Origin: an uncultured Bacteriovoracaceae bacterium
GTDB lineage: Bacteria > Bdellovibrionota > UBA2428
Length of the DNA: 64,000 nt
Assembly (NCBI GenBank): GCA_964477895.1
Contig: CAYZFQ010000011.1
Span: 23,825-87,824 of the forward strand
Direction: 5' to 3'
Shown here: positions 28,216-37,854 of the stretch, piece by piece
Layout: every line of letters starts with the position of its first letter
Numbering within the stretch: the stretch's first letter is position 1
Position numbers and translations under genes: made by a program
Notes under the pieces: model-generated
Seen by the model: only the letters and a program-made list of their open reading frames with translations
What the model was told of the DNA's origin: nothing
Database searches by the model: none

Positions 28216-29279
28216 TGCCTAAACTTGAAGTCCTTGAGAGAAAGGTCATGAATTTAAGCCTTCCTCACTATAGCTTTAGCTACCCCTCCTTTGCCTTTTT
28301 GCCTGAAGGTCAGGTGAGTGAGATTTCTGATTTAAAAATTGCCGTGCAGCCACCTCATCCAGAGGGTGTGGTGATCGCAAGAGATTTGGCCCGCTCGCTT
28401 GAAAAACTTTTTGATGAACTCCAGATCACAAAATCTGATGTGATTGCCGTTCAAATCCCCTCCCCTCGTGAATTTATGGAAATCGCGTCTCGGCGCGCAA
28501 CCGTACGTAAAATTTCTCGCGACCCCCAAGATTTAGCGGAAACAGATTTTTCAGCCTTTCGTTTGGTTTTTTTATCTCATCCTAGCGGGGCCGATGGATT
28601 TTATTATCCCAAAGATATCTACGATCGAATTTTGCAACGAGCCCTTTTTAATCCCCGCACGGTTGTTTACTCCGACGAACGCAACATGCTTTTTTCCTTT
28701 AACTCGGTGGTCCCGGGAACGGCAGCTTCCTTTTTGCCCACAGGCCGAGTTTACATTGGGGGTGGAGTGTACCCAGTCATGTGTCCGCAAGGACCCTTTA
28801 CAGCTTGGTATTTCTCCCACAATAAGCCCGCTGCAAATGATGATTTAATTGAGGCCACAGAAATTCAACTCGCTTGCCAAGCCGTTTTATCTTTTCGGAG
28901 TCGGCAGGGTCGGGCACTTCAGGAATTTCAACGAAAACTTTTGGTTTTACAAATGTCGATGCGAGTGATGGCGGATTTATTAAAACCCGCGGTTCTTGCC
29001 AAAAGAGCCCACGTGCCATTTTGGCCCGAAACCGGATTTTACCTTTTGGTGGATATTTCAACTCACTTGCTTTTGAGCGGCCAAACAATGCCCGAACTCT
29101 TGGCCAAGATGGAAAATAATCACGGCCTACTTATAAAAAGCGGTGAGGAATTTGGCTTAAAAGACTCCCTATGGCTTTGCTTTGCTGCTCCGCCACACCG
29201 CCTTAAGGAGCTTTTTGGCCCCTTGCTTGGAGAAATTTCCGGGCAAAATAAGGTGGAAGAGAAGGACTTTAGGCTTTAA
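28215..29279 (+). CDS. Hypothetical protein with a class I/II aminotransferase-like fold lacking the PLP lysine.
   Basis: Start overlaps the upstream stop. Blocks resemble aminotransferase (LVFLSHPSGADG; VVYSDERNM; LLIKSGEEFGLKDSLWLCFAAPPHRLKELF). SFLPTG sits where SxSK would be. Confidence 0.35.
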   Translation: MPKLEVLERKVMNLSLPHYSFSYPSFAFLPEGQVSEISDLKIAVQPPHPEGVVIARDLARSLEKLFDELQITKSDVIAVQIPSPREFMEIASRRATVRKISRDPQDLAETDFSAFRLVFLSHPSGADGFYYPKDIYDRILQRALFNPRTVVYSDERNMLFSFNSVVPGTAASFLPTGRVYIGGGVYPVMCPQGPFTAWYFSHNKPAANDDLIEATEIQLACQAVLSFRSRQGRALQEFQRKLLVLQMSMRVMADLLKPAVLAKRAHVPFWPETGFYLLVDISTHLLLSGQTMPELLAKMENNHGLLIKSGEEFGLKDSLWLCFAAPPHRLKELFGPLLGEISGQNKVEEKDFRL

Positions 29280-29288
29280 AAGGGCTTC

Positions 29289-29963
29289 GTGAATTGCGCC
29301 TTCGACAGCCTTCTGGATTTAACTTTTCCAACAGATTTAAACTACGATTTTTGGCCGGCACTCGAAACGGACTCGCGCAAACTGCTTATCGTATTGCACG
29401 GCCGAGGAGATAGTGCCGAAGGCTACCATTGGCTTCCCGAGGCCCTAGGCATTGATGAATTTAATTTTCTCTTTTTGAATGCCCCCGATCCCTATCAGTT
29501 AGGGTTTTCCTGGTATCCCGTGGCTCCCAACCAAGGCCCTGGAATTTTGCGCTCACGGCAATTGCTTTTTGACCTCCTGGATAAAATTCAAAATAAGTGC
29601 GGACTGCGGTCGACTGAAATATTTCTCTTTGGCTTCTCCCAGGGCTGCCTGATGAGCCTAGACACAGTCCTACGCTATCCCAAGGTCCTCGGAGGGGCTG
29701 TTGGCGCTAGCGGATTTGTCTTTTTTTTGGAAGAGTACCCCAAAGCCCTGAGTCCCGTTGCCAGCCTTCAACATATTATGGTGAACCATGGCCCCGCTGA
29801 CCCGATGCTTCCTTTTGAAAAAACCAAAGCCCAAATCATAAGACTCCAGAATATGGGGCTTTCTATCGACTGGCGGGAATACGACAAAGAACACAGCATC
29901 GACCACAACCTCGAAATACACGATATAAAAGCCTTTTTCAGAAGGCTTCTTGACGCCTCATAA
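29289..29963 (+). CDS. Phospholipase/carboxylesterase-family alpha/beta hydrolase.
   Basis: LIVLHGRGDS, a GxSxG nucleophile elbow (FGFSQGC), and a C-terminal HG...D...H arrangement. GTG start. Confidence 0.7.
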   Translation: MNCAFDSLLDLTFPTDLNYDFWPALETDSRKLLIVLHGRGDSAEGYHWLPEALGIDEFNFLFLNAPDPYQLGFSWYPVAPNQGPGILRSRQLLFDLLDKIQNKCGLRSTEIFLFGFSQGCLMSLDTVLRYPKVLGGAVGASGFVFFLEEYPKALSPVASLQHIMVNHGPADPMLPFEKTKAQIIRLQNMGLSIDWREYDKEHSIDHNLEIHDIKAFFRRLLDAS

Positions 29964-29990
29964 AGGCCTTTTTATGAGTATAATACTCAC

Positions 29991-30440
29991 ATGTTTGATT
30001 ATAGCGACAAATCCAAGCAATTAGCCCTGGAAATTCACGAAGGCATCGGCCAGAAACCTCCGCGCAAAATCAAATTGCCCAAAACGCTCGCCGTCATCAA
30101 CCAATCTGGTTGCACCGGCTGCGAAGCTTGTATTCAGTTTTGTCCGGTGGACTGCATCGAAGTTGTCCCGGGTCCAAAATTCTTAGACTTAGGAAAACTT
30201 GTGGAAGTCGACTTGGACCGCTGCATTGGGTGCAAGCTCTGTGCAAAGCATTGTCCATGGGACACCATTGAGATGATCCCCTCAGCAGACTCTTACGAAC
30301 AAGCCAACGAATGGACCCTGCGTTCAGTGGTGGAGATGAACGAGGGCGCGGCGGCAATTTGGCCACGGCCAGCCCCTGAACCCGAGGCTGCAACCGTTGA
30401 AGTTGCCGCCGCCGGGGGTTCAGAAAAACCTGAAGCCTAG
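29991..30440 (+). CDS. 2x[4Fe-4S] ferredoxin-domain protein.
   Basis: CTGCEACIQFCPVDCI and CIGCKLCAKHCPWDTI, two CxxCxxCxxxCP motifs. Confidence 0.65.
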   Translation: MFDYSDKSKQLALEIHEGIGQKPPRKIKLPKTLAVINQSGCTGCEACIQFCPVDCIEVVPGPKFLDLGKLVEVDLDRCIGCKLCAKHCPWDTIEMIPSADSYEQANEWTLRSVVEMNEGAAAIWPRPAPEPEAATVEVAAAGGSEKPEA

Positions 30441-30451
30441 ATTTTATCCCA

Positions 30452-32482
30452 GTGGAAAAAATTCTTCTTTTTCCACTCCGCGCTCGCTTTGAGGATTCAT
30501 TTTTAACTTCACTCTCTGCAGGCTCTCAAAGCTGGAGCTTTTTTAATCTATCCGAATGGATTCGCATCGCCATGGATTTGCCCAGGCCTCCACCCGAAGC
30601 CAAAGTCGCGGCCCTTTTGTTTTTGCAAAAAGAAAATCCTGAACTTTCCGTGAATGATTTGAATGAAGAGCTGGATATTTTTGCCGAGCTCCATAGCTTA
30701 GCCGTGCCCTTCACGACCTGGTCTCAAATTTTGACCGACTTTGAAAGTGGGGATGCCGAGCTTCACTTGTGGACCGCGAGGATCTTACGATACCTAAGCC
30801 TAGAGGCCCGCTTTCAAAGCAGAGCTGAGATTTTTTTCCCGGGGCATATTCTAGAAAGATTTTTGCAAAGCGAAGAGACCGAGAATCTTGGTCAGGGCAT
30901 TTTGCACCTTTCAACCCTCATGTCCCTTAGCCCCCTCGAAAGAAGGGTTGTGGAAAAAATCAGAAAGTCACGGCCGGTGGAAGAATTAGCGATTTGCCCC
31001 GACGAAGAGAGTTTCCCGGAAGACCTTTTCATATGGAATTCGGAAGCCAAGTTACCAGGCCTTCTCGAGCAGCGCCTGCGTTTTTCTGGGAGCAAAAAGC
31101 TACTTTTAAATCAGAAGCCTCAAATTAGAATTCCAGAAAAATGGCGGAACTTTAAAAGCTTTTTAGAAGCACAAGAAGATTTCCCCTTTACAAAGAGCTT
31201 TGAATTTTCGGGAGAGATCAAAGACTGGGTGAAAATATTTGTGGAGTTGAAAGTAAGAGAGGCTCAAAACCTGGAAGGCGCCACGGCCCTCCTCCTCCAA
31301 CCCATAGAGGCTGCCATGTTTCCATGGAGAAAGGCCCAGATCCTGCCTAGCCCCCTGCCTTTAAAAAATCGAGGGCAGATAGGCCCAAGACTTCCTGGCG
31401 GTATCCGTGGCCTTTTAGAATCCAACGGTCATCAACTCCCCCATCTGAGTCGGGAAGAAAAAAACCTTGAAGCCGCCCTTGATGATATTTCCAAAAGAGA
31501 ACTGAGTCTTTTCACCTCGCCCTCCAATACATCGGGCAGTATTGCGCGCTTAGACCTAGCCCCTCGCTTTAAGACTCAAGTCCTATTGCCCGAACAAATC
31601 TCTCCTTCGGGCCTGGAAGCCCTGAGTCGTTGCTCGGCGGCCTACCTTTTCTCCAATATAGAACGCCTAGATTTTTCTCAAGCCAACGAAGAACGCCTCG
31701 ATCCGCGTCTACTAGGATCCCTTGTGCACAAAGTCTTAGAGAAATTTCTGGGGACGCCAGATTTTAAATCTGTAAAAAGCCAAGTGGAAAAAATTTTTTC
31801 CGATGAAAAATCGAATTTTTTTAAGGATCTTTCTGCAATGGAGTCGGCATTCCTAGAGAGTCGAACTGAGATCTTGTGTGAAGAACTCTCTTTCCATATC
31901 GAAACCTTTGAAAAAGATCTCTTTGAGCTTTTTCCTGCACGAAAAATCGAGACCGAAAAAGTCCTGGCCGCACCTTTAAACAACATGCGTATCCGTGGCC
32001 GGGTGGACCGCCTCGATGAAATTCCTTCGGACGCTGCGCCGCCCTGGTACCTTCTCTTTGATTATAAAACCGGCAAGAACACAGGCAAGGCTTTGACTCA
32101 GGTAAAAAATGCCAAGTTTCAGTTCTTTATTTACCGCGAAATGCTAATTCAGCTGAAATCTCGAGTGGGTGCGGGCGGCTACCTCAATCCCCTAGATCCC
32201 GAGAAATCATCCCTTTTTATATTGGAAGATTTTCCTCAGTTAGAAAAACTTAAAGGGCTCTACTCTAGGCATGGACATAGCTGTGAGATACTCAGTGCTA
32301 GTCTACTTGAAGAAATCAAAGAAAAGCTCAGCTACTTTTTGGCTTCGGCTCAAGAAGTCTTTAACACCAAAACTTTCATAGCCGAACCTTTGACTAAATC
32401 TCAGTGCGGACTTTGCGACTATCGCTTTGTTTGCGGTCGTCCCCATTTTTTAAAAGAAGGCAGCACTGATGGCACGACGTGA
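30452..32482 (+). CDS. AddB/RexB-like subunit: divergent N-terminus, C-terminal PD-(D/E)XK nuclease with Fe-S cysteines.
   Basis: GRVDRLDEIP...LLFDYKTGK...QFFIY (D/DxK/QxxxY nuclease motifs). CGLCDYRFVCG (CxxCx5C) after an upstream Cys. No Walker A is visible. Confidence 0.5.
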   Translation: MEKILLFPLRARFEDSFLTSLSAGSQSWSFFNLSEWIRIAMDLPRPPPEAKVAALLFLQKENPELSVNDLNEELDIFAELHSLAVPFTTWSQILTDFESGDAELHLWTARILRYLSLEARFQSRAEIFFPGHILERFLQSEETENLGQGILHLSTLMSLSPLERRVVEKIRKSRPVEELAICPDEESFPEDLFIWNSEAKLPGLLEQRLRFSGSKKLLLNQKPQIRIPEKWRNFKSFLEAQEDFPFTKSFEFSGEIKDWVKIFVELKVREAQNLEGATALLLQPIEAAMFPWRKAQILPSPLPLKNRGQIGPRLPGGIRGLLESNGHQLPHLSREEKNLEAALDDISKRELSLFTSPSNTSGSIARLDLAPRFKTQVLLPEQISPSGLEALSRCSAAYLFSNIERLDFSQANEERLDPRLLGSLVHKVLEKFLGTPDFKSVKSQVEKIFSDEKSNFFKDLSAMESAFLESRTEILCEELSFHIETFEKDLFELFPARKIETEKVLAAPLNNMRIRGRVDRLDEIPSDAAPPWYLLFDYKTGKNTGKALTQVKNAKFQFFIYREMLIQLKSRVGAGGYLNPLDPEKSSLFILEDFPQLEKLKGLYSRHGHSCEILSASLLEEIKEKLSYFLASAQEVFNTKTFIAEPLTKSQCGLCDYRFVCGRPHFLKEGSTDGTT

Positions 32483-34775
32483 ATTAGTAGAGGCCGGTGC
32501 GGGCTGCGGAAAAACTGAATCCCTTGTTCGGCGCTATGCTTCGGCCTTGGGCTGGGATTTAGCTAGCGGAAATTCGCTTTATAAATCACAGCAATCCCTT
32601 CGACCCCGGCAAATTATAGCTCTGACCTTTACCGAGGAAGCGGCTCGCCAAATGCAAGAGCGCTTGACCCAGCGCTTAAAAGGCATCGGTCAAGAAAACC
32701 TGGCCAAGGACGTCGAAGAAGAAGGACAAATTTCCACCTTCCACGGACTTTGCCTGCGCCTGATTCGACCCCACTTGGTAAAACTTGGCTATAAGTCCCA
32801 CCAAGTTCTTCTTCCAAGTTTAGCTCGACTCCTTCGCCGCGAGCACATTATCAAAGCACTCTCTGAGCATCCCGAGAGAAAAGAGATCATCAAAGCCTTT
32901 AGCCCCGCCCAAATTGCCGACATGGGGGCGGACTTTTGGTTTGACCTCAAAGAGCTGGATGCCACTACCGTTAAAAGCTTTTACCTCCTGCAAAATCAGT
33001 CTTTCGCTCATTTCAGAAAAACGTGGCAAGAGTTTTTTGACCATCACCTCTCAGAGGATATTTTTCGGGAACTCAAAGAAGGAACTTGGGTGCAGGCCTT
33101 TCAGCATTTTTTAGAAGATCCTCGAGCCACAGGCCTTGAGTCCTGGAATTTTCGTGGGGCTAAAAAAGTTTCCGATTCTTACCCCCAACTTCAAAGGGCT
33201 GCAAAAAACTACCGAGACTTTCTACTCTCAGGCTATGCCCAGGCTCTCAGCGATGGCTCAGTGGAAGCCGAAATTCATTTATCTCAGGCGCTTATTCACT
33301 TTCTTAAGGACGCAGTAGCTTCTGGCCCCAAAATTCTCGATTTCACTGCCCTTGAAAAAGAACTTTCCGCCCTCATTGACCGTGGGGACTTTGAGCAAAA
33401 ACCTTGTGCCTTACTTATTGTGGATGAGTTCCAAGACACCAACCGAGCTCAGTTTAAAATTCTTCGCGCCCTCTCGGGCGAGCAAACAGATTGGTATTTT
33501 GTGGGCGATCCGAAGCAAAGTATCTACGGATTTCGTGGCGCCGATGTTTCACTCTTTTTAGAGCTGAGAGAGCAACTTGACCGAGTGGAACTCGATACCA
33601 ACTATCGATCTGAAGCCCCGGTCCTTAGTTTCACCAATGAAGCTCAAGAACTACTATTTCAAAGCCGCTTGGCAACGAGTTCACATGAAAAACACTACGA
33701 CCCACCTGCGCAGACGCTCAAAGTGGGACGCAAAGCTACAGGGGCAGAATCTGGGGTCAATGTTCAGACCTTTGCAAAAGACAATGACGGCGAAGCCGAG
33801 CTCGCCCTCTTGCACGATTTAGGCGAAAGCTTTAACGACGAAACGGCTTCCAGCCGCGCCCTGCTTTTTCTCAGCTGGCGCGAACTTTACCGCTACACTG
33901 AAATCCTGGATCAACATGAAGTCCGCTATGAAATCGCGGGCTCCCAGAATTTTCTACAGAGCCCCTTAACTGAAATTTTCGCTCATTTTTTAACAGATTT
34001 AGGAAATGAGAATAAAAACCAAGGGCTTTTTGAAATTTCGCGTTGGCGAAATATTCAAGGAGAAACCTCAGCCTTCCAGCTAAAAAAGGACTTTCAAAGC
34101 TTTGGCTTTAACCCCGAAAGCTTTGCTCATGATTCCCCCTTAGACCTTTTAGATAAATTCTCCACTCTAGTTAAAGCGGCAGACATGAAGGGCGGACCCG
34201 AGTGGACGGCCTCCATGGAGCGACTCCTCCTGGAACTCAGTGACCTAGACTTTGATCTCCATTTTAGCCCCGCGCGACTGGCTATTTTTCTTCAGCGAAA
34301 TATTCGAAAGCTTGAGGCCTCAGTCCCGTCCTTTAAAAATTCTGAGTCAGCAGGTACTCTTAGACTTTTAACTATCCATGGCTCCAAGGGCTTGGAATTT
34401 GACCATGTTTTTTTGCCGGAACTTTATGAGAGCCGCAGTCGCGCAAGTAGCGGCAGCCTGAGTGGGGAAGAGGGACTCAGCATCAAAGTCCCCGAGCCCT
34501 CACTTTTTTTTGAGGCCAAACGCCATGAAGAAAAAATTAAAAAAGAAGCAGAAATGCGAAGACTTTTTTATGTGGCCCTGACCCGGGCTAAGGCCAAAAT
34601 TTTTATTTACACAACTGAGATCTCTGACTCTAAGCGCAGTGAGAAAGCAAATCCTTTTGAGGTTCTGGGATGGCCCGAGCCTAGGATTACGCTTTGGAAT
34701 GAGCTTTTAGGTTGTTTAGGAAAGGCCGAAATCGAAATAGATCGGAATGGCGCCGAGGCCTCCAGTCCTGCTTAA
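32469..34775 (+). CDS. UvrD/AddA-like superfamily-1 helicase without a C-terminal nuclease domain.
   Basis: AGAGCGKT (Walker A), TFTEEAARQMQERL, LLIVDEFQDTN, TNYRSEAPVL, TIHGSKGLEFDHVFL, FYVALTRAKAKIF. 768 aa ending right after motif VI. 14-nt overlap with the upstream gene. Confidence 0.8.
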   Translation: MARRELVEAGAGCGKTESLVRRYASALGWDLASGNSLYKSQQSLRPRQIIALTFTEEAARQMQERLTQRLKGIGQENLAKDVEEEGQISTFHGLCLRLIRPHLVKLGYKSHQVLLPSLARLLRREHIIKALSEHPERKEIIKAFSPAQIADMGADFWFDLKELDATTVKSFYLLQNQSFAHFRKTWQEFFDHHLSEDIFRELKEGTWVQAFQHFLEDPRATGLESWNFRGAKKVSDSYPQLQRAAKNYRDFLLSGYAQALSDGSVEAEIHLSQALIHFLKDAVASGPKILDFTALEKELSALIDRGDFEQKPCALLIVDEFQDTNRAQFKILRALSGEQTDWYFVGDPKQSIYGFRGADVSLFLELREQLDRVELDTNYRSEAPVLSFTNEAQELLFQSRLATSSHEKHYDPPAQTLKVGRKATGAESGVNVQTFAKDNDGEAELALLHDLGESFNDETASSRALLFLSWRELYRYTEILDQHEVRYEIAGSQNFLQSPLTEIFAHFLTDLGNENKNQGLFEISRWRNIQGETSAFQLKKDFQSFGFNPESFAHDSPLDLLDKFSTLVKAADMKGGPEWTASMERLLLELSDLDFDLHFSPARLAIFLQRNIRKLEASVPSFKNSESAGTLRLLTIHGSKGLEFDHVFLPELYESRSRASSGSLSGEEGLSIKVPEPSLFFEAKRHEEKIKKEAEMRRLFYVALTRAKAKIFIYTTEISDSKRSEKANPFEVLGWPEPRITLWNELLGCLGKAEIEIDRNGAEASSPA

Positions 34776-34822
34776 GCCATATTTATTGACTCCTCCCAGC
34801 CCAAACCCTAGCTTTCCCTCGC

Positions 34823-36616
34823 TTGAAACTACATTTATTGGCTTTAGTATTTTCCCTTTTCACCTACTCCGGCCGAGCTCTAGCAATAACGATCCGAAAC
34901 ATTGCCGTGGTCACCCCCGTGTACCGCGAGCTAGAAAATCAAAATCTAGGCTACTTTCTTTTAGCCTACGCTGGGGAGACCAAACGCGCTCCAAACATTA
35001 ACCTTCACCTAGTCTTTGTGGTGAACGACCTTATAGGTACCGATCCGAGCATTCAGGCTGAAAACACAGCAACTCTTAACTTTTTAAAAGCTCTGTGTTT
35101 GAGAAAAACACCAAGTTTAGCGAAGGCTTCTGAGTTTTGGATGGAAGTGGCTACGGCTATTAAAGAATCGTCCATTCAGATTCATCTTTTAGACCAAAGA
35201 GGCCTCGACCTCGAGAAAGCCAACATTGGGCAGGTTCGAAAAGATGGCGGGGACCTTGCCCTTAGAATTTTTGAAGAATCTGAACTTCCCCATACATTAA
35301 TTGATTTAATGGATGCGGACTCCCTACCCGGAATAAACTCACTGAATATTTTAGCCCATGAGTTTAAAGACCCCAGCCTCGACTATAGCCTGGCACGACT
35401 CGAAAGCGTGCTTGACGCTTCCTCTCCTAGTCCTGTGAGCCGGCGCTTTATGGCTTATAAAGCGGGACTCCTCGCTATCGAATGGAATGCCTTTTTTAAA
35501 CACGAACTCCCCATAAGCGGAACTCCGCGGATCACAGTACGCGCGGATAAATACAAAGTCGTAGGAGGGGTGCCCCCCATCGTATATGCCGAAGACATGG
35601 CCCTTCTTAAAAATTTAGGAAGCGTCCATCTGCGTGGAAAGCACCTACCCCACCTTATCAATAAATCTCAACATCGGGGTCGACTTGATGGCTATGATGC
35701 CGCCTCAATTTTAAAGTCACAACATGAACCCGTTGAGCTATCGGATAATGCCCAGAAGAAACTACGAGAAATAAAAATATTTAAAGATGTTCTGACTCAT
35801 TATTCTGTTCAGTTGTCGGAAAAGTTTAAAAGCAATATTAGACTTTTCTCAGCCGAACACCTTTTAGATGTCGGCATGAGGCGGCGCCTGATTCTTGAAA
35901 GAATGAAAGATCCTGAGCTATCTGCTCATTGGAGTCATGATGCCTTTTTAAGAAATGCATGGCTTCCTAACTACCTCAGCGCTTGGCTCGATCAAGCCAA
36001 CCACGATGGGGACGAGGCCCTTCAAAACCTCAGCAGGCATCTGCCCGACCTCTTATCCCTAAAGCTCACCGAGATATCCCAAGCCACGATATCCTTTCAA
36101 GCAGCGATCGAAACGTGGAACAAAAATAACTTTGATATTGAAGACCTCGCACCTTTTGCAAATGCCCAAGCACTTGAAGAGGCCTTGGTCCAAGATGTCT
36201 TTGAAAGTTTTTTCGAAGCAGAAATACTTCAGATTTCTTCAAGAAAAGATAAATGGAATCGCCTTGATGATTTGGCAACTCGTATTCGAGTTTTAGAGTG
36301 GATCGGTCAGCGCTATGAGCTTGAGAGGGTAAATAAGATTTTTTGGGCTATCACTTTGTTTTATTCTGCCCCTCAGGCAAAGGGGTCAAGTTCTCGGATG
36401 AAAGAGCTCAATAACAAGTACCAAAGGGCCTACGATTTTCTCCTAGACTCGATAAGAAAACATGAGAAACGAGAGGCCGAGTCCCTTATACCCTCCTCAT
36501 TTTCATCAACAGCCTTCCGAGCGAAGCTGAAAACACGGCGGGAGGACCGATTGGCGTATTTTAAACACTATGAAGTGATTCACAGAATCTCTAAGTGTGC
36601 ACGGGAGTTGCCTTAG
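34823..36616 (+). CDS. Secreted hypothetical protein (597 aa).
   Basis: Signal peptide MKLHLLALVFSLFTYSGRALA. No recognisable motifs. Confidence 0.45.
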   Translation: MKLHLLALVFSLFTYSGRALAITIRNIAVVTPVYRELENQNLGYFLLAYAGETKRAPNINLHLVFVVNDLIGTDPSIQAENTATLNFLKALCLRKTPSLAKASEFWMEVATAIKESSIQIHLLDQRGLDLEKANIGQVRKDGGDLALRIFEESELPHTLIDLMDADSLPGINSLNILAHEFKDPSLDYSLARLESVLDASSPSPVSRRFMAYKAGLLAIEWNAFFKHELPISGTPRITVRADKYKVVGGVPPIVYAEDMALLKNLGSVHLRGKHLPHLINKSQHRGRLDGYDAASILKSQHEPVELSDNAQKKLREIKIFKDVLTHYSVQLSEKFKSNIRLFSAEHLLDVGMRRRLILERMKDPELSAHWSHDAFLRNAWLPNYLSAWLDQANHDGDEALQNLSRHLPDLLSLKLTEISQATISFQAAIETWNKNNFDIEDLAPFANAQALEEALVQDVFESFFEAEILQISSRKDKWNRLDDLATRIRVLEWIGQRYELERVNKIFWAITLFYSAPQAKGSSSRMKELNNKYQRAYDFLLDSIRKHEKREAESLIPSSFSSTAFRAKLKTRREDRLAYFKHYEVIHRISKCARELP

Positions 36617-36699
36617 GAGATTCTTCTGTCCCGTATCAAAAAAATCCAAAGTCAATTTCATGACTCCCTCTCGCCAACGGCCCATCATATAATATACCC

Positions 36700-37071
36700 A
36701 TGAGATATTTTTTAGTGATAGCCTTTAGCCTCTTAGCATTTTCCATTGATGCCAAAGACAAATCGCCCAAAGCCACTAGGGCGCCTGCAGCCATCTCTAA
36801 CGAACAAAAAGTACAAATGCTTGGGGAACTTTTACTCCCCACGCTTGAAGGCCAATATATTTGTTATGCCGACTGTTTACTGAATGGGGCCTATCAACAG
36901 CTAAGGATCGTTGGTAAATCCAAAAAATCTCTTTATGAGAGCATGAAAAAAATGTGCCCCAATGGCTTAGAGCATGACGTCGGTCCAGGCATGTTTAAGG
37001 TTCAATCCGCAGACGAGGTTTGCAAAGATGCTCAGTGGTACCTCAATACATTTGTACTTGATAAAAGGTAA
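36700..37071 (+). CDS. Small secreted cysteine-containing hypothetical protein.
   Basis: Signal peptide MRYFLVIAFSLLAFSIDA. Confidence 0.4.
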   Translation: MRYFLVIAFSLLAFSIDAKDKSPKATRAPAAISNEQKVQMLGELLLPTLEGQYICYADCLLNGAYQQLRIVGKSKKSLYESMKKMCPNGLEHDVGPGMFKVQSADEVCKDAQWYLNTFVLDKR

Positions 37072-37077
37072 GCTTGG

Positions 37078-37482
37078 TCACTTCGCAGTGGAAGGTAGCC
37101 CAATTCTAGCCAACTGAGGAATTTGATCAAAGTCCGAATCCCGGTCAAAGAGAACGAGGTTATGTTGTAAAACCAGTGCCGCAATCCAAAGGTCATTGGT
37201 GGGAATGGGCTTTCCTTTTTTGCGCAAATAAGAATAAAGATCTGCATAAAAAAAAGTTGTTTGATCATCGGGAGACAATACAAAGACTCCTTCATTGTTA
37301 AGGAACTTTGTAAGAGTTCTTTCGTTTTTTTCCCGATTGGCCCCGTGAGCAAAGCCAGCTCTTTGCTCAGCGACAACAATCAGGGGAATAAAAATTTCCA
37401 TCGCATTCTCTACGACTTCTACGACTGAAGATAGGCCTCTGCAAAAGTCCGTGTAACTGTTGGAATCGATGGCAAGTCTCAT
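37078..37482 (-). CDS. vapC: PIN-domain toxin (VapC-like).
   Basis: MRLAIDSNSY... shows the PIN acidic-residue pattern. The ATG overlaps the antitoxin stop (ATGA). Confidence 0.7.
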   Translation of the reverse strand: MRLAIDSNSYTDFCRGLSSVVEVVENAMEIFIPLIVVAEQRAGFAHGANREKNERTLTKFLNNEGVFVLSPDDQTTFFYADLYSYLRKKGKPIPTNDLWIAALVLQHNLVLFDRDSDFDQIPQLARIGLPSTAK

Positions 37483-37739
37483 GACTTCCAAAGATCTTCA
37501 TCGATCTGGCGTTGAAGGGTAATTTCTTCCTCGATACGAAGAGCCTCTTTTTCGGTTAACGAACCCACGACTTCGCTAAAATCTCTTTTAGGCCGAAGAG
37601 TCTCACCCGCCCCAGCGCTTAAGGCTTCCAAGGCAACTTGATTAAAGCTTTTACCAGCCAATTTGGCCCTTCTTTTCAAAGCTCGATCCACGGGGTCGGG
37701 GATATTGCGAATGGTGTATTGTCTTGCAGGCTTTGACAT
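37479..37739 (-). CDS. vapB: VapB/FitA-like antitoxin (ribbon-helix-helix family).
   Basis: MSKPARQYTIRNIPDPVDRALKRRAKLAGKSFNQVALEAL. I prefer the ATG at 37739 over the upstream TTG-initiated extension. Confidence 0.65.
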   Translation of the reverse strand: MSKPARQYTIRNIPDPVDRALKRRAKLAGKSFNQVALEALSAGAGETLRPKRDFSEVVGSLTEKEALRIEEEITLQRQIDEDLWKS

Positions 37740-37775
37740 GTATACATTGTATACGAAGTATGTATACAAAGTCAA
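37739..37775. promoter_or_regulatory. vapBC promoter/operator with three GTATAC palindromes.
   Basis: The minus strand reads TTGACT-n16-TATACA-n8-ATG. (T)GTATAC(A) occurs at 37739-37746, 37748-37755 and 37761-37768. Confidence 0.45.
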
Positions 37776-37854
37776 GGGACTGGATTATCGGGTTTTTCAA
37801 GGGAAACGAACGCAACTTTTGACGCGCCGTAAGCGTCGGACTACTCCAGATGTC

